Assembly (NCBI GenBank): GCA_023150835.1 | Contig: JAKLKB010000025.1 | Coordinates: forward strand, 1-58,995 | Direction: 5' to 3' | Source: Myxococcota bacterium | Lineage (GTDB): Bacteria > Myxococcota_C > UBA6777 | Length of the DNA: 58,995 bases | In this document: piece by piece, positions 28,903 to 37,574 of the stretch | Position numbering within the stretch: position 1 is the first letter of the stretch | How the letters are laid out: each line of letters begins with the position of its first letter | Translations under genes and position numbers: made by a program | The notes under the pieces: generated by a model | The model's database searches: none | What the model saw: the letters and a program-made list of their open reading frames with translations, nothing else | Told to the model about the DNA's origin: nothing

Positions 28903-30468
28903 TTAGCGAAATCCCTCGGAAGCTTCGGTGTTTTCAGCAGCATCCAAAGCGTCGGTAGAAAACCCCATGCCTTGCTCAAGCAGCCGATCGATGGTTTCTT
29001 CGTCTGTGATGCGCTCTAAAAGGGCGTAGGTACGGTCTTGGAGGCGTGCGTCAGAAAACCGCAGCAAGCCTTCTGCAAGCGCTGTCATCGCATTCTTCGC
29101 CTCCGAGGGCAAGATATCTTCGAGTAGAGCGAGGCTTGCTTCATAGATATCCGCTTCGGTCGTTTGGTGGAGGACGTTGATGATCTCAGCGGCCAATGCT
29201 TCGGATGGGGCCAAGGCCAGTTTTTTTAAGATCCGCAAGGCCATCACCACTTCGTGCGAAAAAGAGGATCGCAAAAAAGGCTGCAACTCTAGCAACAACA
29301 AGCGATCCGCAGGGGAGCCGTCCACAAGGCACGACAAGGCTTCCAACAGATATGCGCGCATCTCGACTTTCTCGCTGCGGTGCAGCGCGTCCAAGACCGC
29401 ACGCAACTGCTCTTTGTCCCGAGCAGTCAGGACTTTTGCGAGCAAACGTCCCGCCTCCAACCGCACCCCCTCGTTTGGGTCGGTCAGCGTTTCTGCGATG
29501 ATCTGGGCAAGCGGGCCTTTGTGTGCGTGAACAAGGCCGCGCAGTGCGGCTTTGCGGATCTCTGCTTCTTCTGTGAACAACAAGCGTCGATACGTCTCAA
29601 ACAACGCGCTAGGATCGGCCTCGTGAAGCTGTTCAAGTGAACGTAACGCGACCAAACGACGCCCAAGCAGGTTTCTTGGTTCCGAGATGATCTCTTCAAG
29701 AGGGCGGCTGGCTTCCTCGCGGATCTGACGCAATAGCGGTGTCATCTCGGCGAGTGTCGAGGTTCCTGCGTCCCGTAGCTGTGGGAGCAATCCGACCAAT
29801 ACATCTGGCCATGCCCGATCTATCGGAGTGTTCAGCGGTTCCGCGATGTCTCGATGCGTCGATTGCGTCGATTGCGTCGATTGCATCGATTGCGTTTGTT
29901 GTGATCGAACTTGCAAGCGAGCCGCGGCAGCCAAGGTCTCTGCTTGTAATGGTGGAATCCCTGATGTGGTCGGTCGATTTGTCTCTTGGAGGATACGCTC
30001 GCACTCTTCGCGCACCAAGCGATCGGGATCTTGCAGAAGGTAGCGCAAGATCGGCAAAACATCGAGAGTTCCGATCTTTCCGAGACCGATCACGGCCAAT
30101 CGTCGCACGCTCGGCGAGGTATCGCGGCTAAAAAACAGCAACAGATCCAACAGATCAAAGTCGCCAGCCCACTCTTTCCCTTCTATGAGCGAGACCAAGA
30201 CATCCAACAGGATCTCTTTGTTTTCCGCCGACGCTCCCGCCCTCCCAAGCAACGAGATCAGGTGCGGTAGCGCTTCCAAAGCGTGCATCTGTTTGAGGAC
30301 CAACGCCGCGTTACGCCGCAGGCGCTCGCCCCCCTCTTCGATGGAACGCAGCAACGGGATCATCGCTGTTTCGCCGATCGCTGCGAGCGCATGGCTCGCA
30401 CCGCGCACATCCTCTTGCCACTCGCTGTCGAGATCTCTCAAGAGTCGTATGACCACATCCTCAGTCAT
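28903..30468 (-). CDS. HEAT/PBS-lyase-like repeat protein
   Basis: Repeated DxxxxVRxxAxxxL units, with a 9-bp QST tandem repeat near 29855-29895. Confidence 0.85.
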   Translation of the reverse strand: MTEDVVIRLLRDLDSEWQEDVRGASHALAAIGETAMIPLLRSIEEGGERLRRNAALVLKQMHALEALPHLISLLGRAGASAENKEILLDVLVSLIEGKEWAGDFDLLDLLLFFSRDTSPSVRRLAVIGLGKIGTLDVLPILRYLLQDPDRLVREECERILQETNRPTTSGIPPLQAETLAAAARLQVRSQQTQSMQSTQSTQSTHRDIAEPLNTPIDRAWPDVLVGLLPQLRDAGTSTLAEMTPLLRQIREEASRPLEEIISEPRNLLGRRLVALRSLEQLHEADPSALFETYRRLLFTEEAEIRKAALRGLVHAHKGPLAQIIAETLTDPNEGVRLEAGRLLAKVLTARDKEQLRAVLDALHRSEKVEMRAYLLEALSCLVDGSPADRLLLLELQPFLRSSFSHEVVMALRILKKLALAPSEALAAEIINVLHQTTEADIYEASLALLEDILPSEAKNAMTALAEGLLRFSDARLQDRTYALLERITDEETIDRLLEQGMGFSTDALDAAENTEASEGFR

Positions 30469-30659
30469 CTCAGCCCCCAAAGGCTTGCTTTGGTTGAATC
30501 TCGGGTCTTGCTTCTTTGACCATCTTTAAAAAACACCGCGCCCCCTGTCAAGCGAACCTTACAAGGACGCGCTTTCAAACCGACGCCGCAATATGCACCC
30601 CAAACAGATCGCCCCAAGCCTGCCGAGAGGCCCATCCATCCAACACCGCTACACTTCTT

Positions 30660-32204
30660 TTATCGAGAGGCCCACGCGCCCAAAGCCGCAGCATACACTT
30701 CTTTTAACGGGATCCCGTGTTGCTCTGCCAGTTGTCGACAAGACGCATATTCGGGCGCAAACTGCACCACTTCGTCTCCGCGACGCCCAAGCTTGATCGA
30801 GACAAGCCCCCATGGTGTTTGTACTTCGGCAAACGATCGCTCTAATACACGCCGTTGGACGGGGAAAAAGCGAAACCCTAACGTCGAAGACTCCCGAAAC
30901 AACAGGTCTTCGACCACTCCAAGCTTTGATGCTGAACACAACAAAGATAGCTGATGCGCGGCTCGGCCTTTTTTCATCTGGATCGCACCCTGCCAAACGT
31001 CCCGTGCGCCCGCATCCCACAAACGCTCGCAAACATACGCCAGTTGCTCAGGACTCATGTCGTCTAGGTTCACTTCGACTTGCAAGAGATCCCCTTCCTC
31101 CCGATGCTCTGACAACGAGCGACCCAGCACCAATCGCAAAAGATTCGGCCTATCCGACAATTGGCGCTCGCCTGCTCCATAGCCCACGCTTTGCAACGTA
31201 AAAGACGGAAACGACACAAATTCCTCCGCCATCGCAGCCACAATCGCCGCTCCTGTGGGAGTCACCAACTCGACCGATAATCCGCTGTCATAGACAGGAA
31301 CACCGCGCAAGATCTCCAACGTCGCAGGCGCAGGCAACGGCAGGCGACCATGTTGGCATCGCACAAAACCCCGACTCATCGGCAAAGGAGAACAAGTCAC
31401 TTTCTCTATCCCCAACGCCTCAAGCCCGATCGCGACCCCCACGATATCCACAATCGAGTCGACCGCACCGACTTCATGAAACGAAACTTTTTCCACACTC
31501 ATCCCATGCACCGCAGCTTCGGCTTGGGCTAAACGCAAAAAGATCGCTTGCGCTCGTTCCTTGACACCTCTTGGCAAGCCGCTTCGCTCGATCATTGAGC
31601 GGATATCCGCGTAGCTTCGGTGGCTTCCATCCTCGATTGAGCCTTCGTGGTGGTGTCCGTGTTCATGGACGTGTTGGTGATCGTGTCCGTATTCATGGGT
31701 GTGTTGGTGGTGTCCGTGTGGATGGGCATATTGGTGATCGCGATCGTGGCCGTGTTCGTGGGTGTGTTGGTGATCGCGATCGTGGCCGTGTTCATGGGTG
31801 TGTTGGTGATCGTGGCGTCCGTGCTCATGGGTGTGTTGGTGATCGTGGTGGCCGTGCTCATGGGTGTGTTGGTGATCGTGGTGGCCGTGCTCATGGGTGT
31901 GTTGGTGATCGTGGTGATGATCGTGCGGATGGGTGTGCTTGTGTTGAGGGCCATGTTCGTGGACGTGTGTGTGTGTGTGTGTCGGTTCGAGTGGCTTCGA
32001 AGGGTGAGAGGGATGCAAGAGGACACGAAGTTTAACAGCATCAAGAACACCGACCATCCGACGTTCTGCATGGATCTCATAACCTGACAGATCCAACAGG
32101 GCCAGTCCGTCGCGTAAAACATCGAGAGAGACGCCGATATCCAACAACGCCCCCAAGGTCATATCACCGCTAACACCGCTAAAACAATCAAAGTGCAACC
32201 ACAT
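30660..32204 (-). CDS. larC: Nickel pincer cofactor Ni-insertase LarC with very long His-rich insert
   Basis: DCFSGVSGDMTLGAL, FHEVGAVDSIVDIVG, CQHG.LP.PAPAT, ELVTPTGAAI, NLDD, MKKGR and PEY motifs. Confidence 0.95.
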   Translation of the reverse strand: MWLHFDCFSGVSGDMTLGALLDIGVSLDVLRDGLALLDLSGYEIHAERRMVGVLDAVKLRVLLHPSHPSKPLEPTHTHTHVHEHGPQHKHTHPHDHHHDHQHTHEHGHHDHQHTHEHGHHDHQHTHEHGRHDHQHTHEHGHDRDHQHTHEHGHDRDHQYAHPHGHHQHTHEYGHDHQHVHEHGHHHEGSIEDGSHRSYADIRSMIERSGLPRGVKERAQAIFLRLAQAEAAVHGMSVEKVSFHEVGAVDSIVDIVGVAIGLEALGIEKVTCSPLPMSRGFVRCQHGRLPLPAPATLEILRGVPVYDSGLSVELVTPTGAAIVAAMAEEFVSFPSFTLQSVGYGAGERQLSDRPNLLRLVLGRSLSEHREEGDLLQVEVNLDDMSPEQLAYVCERLWDAGARDVWQGAIQMKKGRAAHQLSLLCSASKLGVVEDLLFRESSTLGFRFFPVQRRVLERSFAEVQTPWGLVSIKLGRRGDEVVQFAPEYASCRQLAEQHGIPLKEVYAAALGAWASR

Positions 32205-32973
32205 CCAAAGCGTCCTTTTCTTTGCGCTGGCGGTTGATCAAAGAAGCCGCGTAGGCCGCCCCGAAACCGTTGTCGATATTGACCACCGTGATCCCCGCTG
32301 CGCAGCTTGTCAGCATCGACATCAGCGCAACGAATCCCCCCGCCCCAACGCCGTATCCGATACTTGTCGGAACAGCGATCACCGGGCGATCGACCAGCCC
32401 CGCAACGACCGAAGGCAACGCGCCTTCCATCCCCGCAACCACGATCAAGACTTCCGCAAGGCGGATGCGTTCGATCTCGCCCAACAGTCGGTGCAGTCCT
32501 GCCACTCCGATATCCGCCACGATCGACGTGCGGTTGCCCATCAATCGCAACGTTACTTCGGCCTCTCGTGCGATCGGAAGATCCGAAGTCCCCGCTGCCA
32601 AGATCAACACTTCACCACGACCCCGATCCGCGATGGGTTCGGTGGCGCGGTACAAACAGCGAGACGGTCCATCGTACACAGCATCCGAAACCACCGCACG
32701 CACGGCTGCTGCTTGGTTCGCATCAGCCCGAGTCGCCAAGACGACCGTGTGATGGGCGGCAAGATGTGCAAAGATCGCCGCTACTTGTTCAGGCGTCTTC
32801 CCCTGTGCAAAGATAACCTCCGGAAATCCCCGACGTAGCGCTCGATGATGATCGACTCGGCTTTCTTCCAACGATGCGTAGGGCAGGATCGCCAAGCGCT
32901 TTAACGCCTCTTCGACCGACAAGGCATCACCCTTGACTTGCTCCAACAACGCCCGTATCGCTTGTTCTTCCAC
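32188..32973 (-). CDS. larB: Nickel pincer cofactor biosynthesis carboxylase LarB
   Basis: DHHRALRRGFPEVIF, AGTSD, DIGVAGLHRL, AGMEGALPSVV, PTSIGYG and VNIDNGFGAA. Confidence 0.96.
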   Translation of the reverse strand: MEEQAIRALLEQVKGDALSVEEALKRLAILPYASLEESRVDHHRALRRGFPEVIFAQGKTPEQVAAIFAHLAAHHTVVLATRADANQAAAVRAVVSDAVYDGPSRCLYRATEPIADRGRGEVLILAAGTSDLPIAREAEVTLRLMGNRTSIVADIGVAGLHRLLGEIERIRLAEVLIVVAGMEGALPSVVAGLVDRPVIAVPTSIGYGVGAGGFVALMSMLTSCAAGITVVNIDNGFGAAYAASLINRQRKEKDALDVVAL

Positions 32974-33153
32974 GCTTCATGCTCCTTTGCCCTTGGATTC
33001 TATCCCCAAAAGACTTGCCTTCTCTTGGAGAATTGCCACCCTCATGTCAAGGATGTTTGTGGTCTTGCGATACCCTTTTTTATCAACGCCACAAGCTGCT
33101 CTGCCCCGTTCAACACAACGCACTCCGCCTCTGCGAATAGAAGGACGTTGCTC

Positions 33154-33981
33154 ATGGCTCTCTCTCTTCGTTTCTTGGCTTTTGTTTCGTTTTGCATCGC
33201 TCTCTGCGCTTTCCCTATTCTTCCCCAAGCCTTCGTTCGCACCAAAGCCACCACCCCCGACGGCAAAGAAGTGGCCCTCTTTTGGAACGAATTCCCCATC
33301 AAATACTTCATCAACAAAGCCGGTAGCCCTGACATATCCGACCTCGAAGGGACTTACGATGCGATCAAAGCCAGCTTCCAAGCGTGGATGAATCCCGGGT
33401 GTGGCTGCTTTCAAGCCGAGTTTGTCGGATTGACCGACCTCGCGGAAACTGGATACAACCAAGACAAACCCGCCGAAGATCAAAATGTCATCTTCTTTCG
33501 ACAAGGCGATTGGACCCACAACCGCCAAGCCGTCGCCGTCACCAGCGTCGTCTACAGCCGCAGCACAGGACAGATCTTCGGCTTTGATATCGAGATCAAC
33601 GATCGCGACTATCGCTTCAGCCTCGATGGCAGCAGCGTTCCCGGTGTTCCCCGACCCATCGCTACCATCGACCTCCAAAACACCCTCACGCACGAAGCCG
33701 GACATGCTCTTGGCCTCGATCACAGCGAAAACAAATCTGCGACCATGTACGCTTCCGCTCCCCCCGGCGAAACCTCCAAACGCCAACTTCATTCCGACGA
33801 TATCGAGGGCCTTTGTTCTATCTACCGCAAAGAAACCGCAAGCCAGACCTGCCAGATCTCTCGCTCAGAACAATTCCTCAAAGGCACAGGATGCGCCTGT
33901 CAGTCTTCTTCACCCTCCAATCACCCCTTCCTTCCGCTATTTGCGCTCTTTGTCTTGCTCTTTTGGCGGCGACGCGCTTAG
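33154..33981 (+). CDS. Matrixin (M10-like) zinc metalloprotease with MYXO-CTERM-like tail
   Basis: Signal peptide, THEAGHALGLDHS, Met-turn ATMYA and GCACQ...TM...RRRA. Confidence 0.92.
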   Translation: MALSLRFLAFVSFCIALCAFPILPQAFVRTKATTPDGKEVALFWNEFPIKYFINKAGSPDISDLEGTYDAIKASFQAWMNPGCGCFQAEFVGLTDLAETGYNQDKPAEDQNVIFFRQGDWTHNRQAVAVTSVVYSRSTGQIFGFDIEINDRDYRFSLDGSSVPGVPRPIATIDLQNTLTHEAGHALGLDHSENKSATMYASAPPGETSKRQLHSDDIEGLCSIYRKETASQTCQISRSEQFLKGTGCACQSSSPSNHPFLPLFALFVLLFWRRRA

Positions 33982-34418
33982 GCCATCCATATGCTTTCCT
34001 ACACCCTCCCCATGCCTTCTGTAATGCGAGTAATCACTTTATTGAATCTTTGTTCTAAAATATAACTTCTTGAGAGTAGAAACATTTTTCTGTGATCAAA
34101 ATTTGAGATCCATCTAAAACGCAGCCAAAATGCAAGCAACGTTTGCTTGACTCAAGTCGATGATCTGTGCGACCTTCGAGGCCGCTCAAAAAGAGCGAAG
34201 AATCAAGTTGGCAAAGAAAGTGCAAGCACACACGCCGCACACCAACTCCCCTCTTTCTTGCTGTGCATGTCTTGATGGAACGCTTCTTTTTCCCGCGAAC
34301 CCAAAAGACCCCAAACACCACTTGACCCCGACATCATCGCCAAGGCAAGGAGTCCTAAGACGCGATGTCGAGGCTCCCACACTCAAGGTGTGCGGATTAC
34401 CCGTCAAGGAGACACGAC

Positions 34419-34832
34419 ATGACCGATCAATCCACAGAGCGCCGCAACTACGTACGTCTTCCCCTCAAAGACATGATGGTTCGTTACGGCCACGAAGGTC
34501 AGGTCTACTTTGGCAGTTGCCAAAACCTCAGCCCCGGCGGCCTTTTCATCGCAACCAAAACCCCTGCTCCCTACGGCTCCGAAGTGACCCTCAAGTTCAC
34601 ACTCCCGGGCCATGAAAATACACTCCAAGCCAAAGGGCTTGTTGTTCGCGTGAATCGCGACACACGCAACCGTTCCACCCCAAACAACGCCCCCGGTATG
34701 CACGTGCGCTTCACCAAGATGACAGCCACCACCAAAGAAGAACTCAAGCGCTTTCTCGTCCCCCGCTTGCGCGAACTTGTGATCCGACGACTCGCCGAAC
34801 GCCAACGCGCCACCAAAAAAGAACAACCCTGA
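34419..34832 (+). CDS. PilZ domain protein
   Basis: ERRNYVR (RxxxR) and NLSPGG (D/NxSxxG), with AAGGAG RBS. Confidence 0.92.
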   Translation: MTDQSTERRNYVRLPLKDMMVRYGHEGQVYFGSCQNLSPGGLFIATKTPAPYGSEVTLKFTLPGHENTLQAKGLVVRVNRDTRNRSTPNNAPGMHVRFTKMTATTKEELKRFLVPRLRELVIRRLAERQRATKKEQP

Positions 34833-34920
34833 TCTCCTTCCCCGCTCTACCTCCCTCTCCCTCCTTCCTCTTCTCTCTTTTTCTTTTTGATTCTCAACAA
34901 ACTTATCGCATTTGGGCTTG

Positions 34921-35044
34921 TTTTGTGGGGTTCCACCCCACGCCCCGCAAGAGGGCACTGCCCTCTTGGCTCCGTGTTGGGCGGGTCGTTCAGACGTTTT
35001 TACACAAACGGCTCTGCCGCTTGAAGCGGCGCGAACACGAGGGG
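34921..35044 (-). repeat. Family S structured repeat, copy 4 (its 5' ~20 nt duplicated at 35085-35105)
   Basis: Reverse complement: CTCGTGTTCG..TTCAAGCGG..GTAAAAAC..CCGCCCAACACGGAGCCAAGAGGGCAGTGCCCTCTTGCGGGGCGTGGGGTGGAACCCCAC. Confidence 0.9.
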
Positions 35045-35108
35045 TTTGTTGGTTGTGCTCGTGTGTGGCGGCCCTGCTCCTCGGAGCGGCGCGAACACGG
35101 GGGGGTTA

Positions 35109-35221
35109 TACGAAATCCGCCCATCGCGTGATCAAACGATGTAGGGGCAGCCCCCTGTGGCTGCCCGATGATAGGGCGTCTACGTACTATCCTTGTGTGT
35201 ACACATCACTCGGATATCGTA
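35109..35221 (+). mobile_element. Family T miniature element, copy C (113 bp)
   Basis: TACGAAATCCG...GTAGGGGCAGCCCCCTGTGGCTGCCC...CGGATATCGTA, flanked by TTA and TGA. Confidence 0.8.
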
Positions 35222-35337
35222 TGATGGGTTACGTTTGTTTGTGGTGGCTCTGCCGATCGAAGTGGCGGAGATACGGGGGGTTGGTTGGCTGCGTCGGTGA
35301 GTGATAAGTTTTCTTATCGCGATGACAAGAGAAGTAA

Positions 35338-37506
35338 TCAGGGGATAGACCACAAACAAACAATGCGATCTTGGCCGACAGAGGCCACCCAACGACCGTC
35401 TGGTGATGCGCGAACGTCCGAGATCGGCGCTGTGTGGGATTTTCCGACGGTGAGGATGCGTCCTTGTGAAGACCAAAAGTGCAACGTGCCGTCTTCTCCG
35501 CCCGAGACAAAGACGCTGCCTCCGCGCACGACTTCACAAGCGTGGATCGGGCCTTCGTGGCCGCGCATCTGTAGGAGGGGTTGATGGACGGGGATTCCCC
35601 ACAGCGAAAAGGTCCCATCTTCCGCGCCCATCAAGAAACGCTGACCATCTGGCAAAAAACACAAACACAAGGCAGGAGAAGAAAGCGCCACGGTTTGTTC
35701 GGGGGGACCAAGGCGTTTGCCTACAAACAGCGTCCCTTCTTCGCTGCTTGCGACATAACGCTCGCTGGTGTTCGAAAAATCTCCCGTCAACAACGCACGC
35801 GAACTGAGAGCGTTGGCTGAACGCGTCTGGATCTGGGAGGTGATCTGGCGGATCTGGCCGTCCCATCCGAAGCCACAGATCTCTTCGCCCCACCGAGACC
35901 ATGTTGTTCCACCTTCTCCGATACGCCCTTGCATCCGAGGCTGTGGAGCTTCTATTGACCAGCGCAAGCCCAATCCTCCGCGATCCATCGAGACAAGATC
36001 ACCGTTGGGCAAAAACAAGCACGCTTCGACCACATCTTCATGGCCGATCAACATCTGCTGGAGATCACCCGAAGGCAACGACCAGATCGCGATGCTGTGA
36101 TCCCAACTGCCCGTCGCAAGGAAGCGGCTGTCCAAGGAGAAGGCACACACCGACAGCCAATCTTCTTGGGCTTCAAGCGTGAGCGTGGGTTCGATGTGTT
36201 CGCTCGCAAAGCGCGGAATGGGGGGGATCTGTGTGGAGGGGTCTGTGGGCGGAGCGGGTTGGGAAGTTGTGAGGCCAGAGGCGATTAATCCAGCGGAAGC
36301 AAGGGCAGAACGCAAGGCGCGGATCATCTCGGTTGCGCTGGCATAGCGTTCTTCAGGTTTCCAATGGATCGACTTGGAAAAGATCGCGTCGACTTGGGCA
36401 GGCAAGGTGTTGATCATCCCCGATGGTCCGGGCATTCCGCCTTGGTAGAGATGACCTGTCAACAACTGGTACGTTAAGATCCCAAGCGCGTAGATATCAG
36501 CGGTGTGACTGACTTGACCGCCGCGCATCTGCTCGGGGGCCATGTAATAGACCGTCCCGACAAAGCCCGTGTGATGCTGAGGTTGGTTGTCTTGCAAGAG
36601 CTTGGCGAGGCCAAAGTCCATCAGCTTGACTTCTTGTTGGGGTGTCAACATCACGTTGCCGGGCTTGAGGTCGCGGTGGACGATGCCCTTTTTGTGCGCG
36701 AAGTCGAGGATCTCGGCCAAGGTTTCTAAGATCGTGATCGTCTCTGTGAGGGCGAGTGGAGGCTCTTTTTGGGCAGCACGCGCTGATTGAAGCCGCTGTT
36801 CTAGGCTTTCGCCCTCGACGTACTCCATCGTAAAGAAGACAGTCTGGGTCTCGGGATCTTCGTCTACAGCGTAGGTTCGGACGATCCCGGGGTGGGTGAG
36901 CTTTTCATTGACGTTGAGTTCGTGGAGAAAGCGCGCTTTGATCGATGGATCGTTGGCGAGTTGAGGGTGGATGCGCTTGAGCGCCAGCTCGCGCTCGCGT
37001 ACCAGATCGAACACAAGATACACTTCGCCCATGCCACCGCGCCCAAGCAATCGCACGATCCGATAACGTCCACGCAATACTTGCCCAACCTCCAAGACCC
37101 CGAAGGATGGGATGGTTTGAGGCGATGAGCCTTCCGCCCAGTTCTTGCCGCCCGATGCGGGGGGTTCGATCGATATCCCACCTTGTTGGGGAGGGAGTAC
37201 TTGGGTTGGGGGGGTTGCTTGCATCGCAGCGTTGCGATCGATCCCTGCCCCGCCTGTCATAAACAGATCCGCCCCACGAACGCGAGCGGTCGGAGCAGGT
37301 GGAGCGTTTGTGGGCGAAGAGGCGTCGGGAGCCGAGGATGCGCCGCTTCCGAGGCCACCCCCCGAAGTGCTTGCGCTCACGGCGGATTGACGCAGTTGTG
37401 CCAACAACTGGGTCTTTTCACGCGCACATTCTTCGTCCGAGATCAGTCCCTCCGAGCGCAATTGTTCGAGTGTACGGATGGCTTCTTTGATCTGGTCAAT
37501 GTTCAT
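35338..37506 (-). CDS. SHOCT - Ser/Thr kinase - WD40 repeat protein
   Basis: LEQLRSEGLISDEE (SHOCT), LGRGGMGEVY, HRDLKPGN, DFGLAK, YMAPEQ and GH...D..W repeats. Confidence 0.92.
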   Translation of the reverse strand: MNIDQIKEAIRTLEQLRSEGLISDEECAREKTQLLAQLRQSAVSASTSGGGLGSGASSAPDASSPTNAPPAPTARVRGADLFMTGGAGIDRNAAMQATPPTQVLPPQQGGISIEPPASGGKNWAEGSSPQTIPSFGVLEVGQVLRGRYRIVRLLGRGGMGEVYLVFDLVRERELALKRIHPQLANDPSIKARFLHELNVNEKLTHPGIVRTYAVDEDPETQTVFFTMEYVEGESLEQRLQSARAAQKEPPLALTETITILETLAEILDFAHKKGIVHRDLKPGNVMLTPQQEVKLMDFGLAKLLQDNQPQHHTGFVGTVYYMAPEQMRGGQVSHTADIYALGILTYQLLTGHLYQGGMPGPSGMINTLPAQVDAIFSKSIHWKPEERYASATEMIRALRSALASAGLIASGLTTSQPAPPTDPSTQIPPIPRFASEHIEPTLTLEAQEDWLSVCAFSLDSRFLATGSWDHSIAIWSLPSGDLQQMLIGHEDVVEACLFLPNGDLVSMDRGGLGLRWSIEAPQPRMQGRIGEGGTTWSRWGEEICGFGWDGQIRQITSQIQTRSANALSSRALLTGDFSNTSERYVASSEEGTLFVGKRLGPPEQTVALSSPALCLCFLPDGQRFLMGAEDGTFSLWGIPVHQPLLQMRGHEGPIHACEVVRGGSVFVSGGEDGTLHFWSSQGRILTVGKSHTAPISDVRASPDGRWVASVGQDRIVCLWSIP

Positions 37507-37574
37507 CGCGATCCCTTCGATGTATCCGATAGAATGAGGGGGAGATGATTTTGCATGAGCAGGGAATGGTTTGA

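Noticed and set aside
31645-31985. CRISPR-like or non-coding repeat array
   Set aside because: In-frame His-rich coding repeats within larC.
34132-34148. Palindrome CAAGCAA-CGT-TTGCTTG upstream of the PilZ gene
   Set aside because: Single short occurrence that cannot be distinguished from chance.
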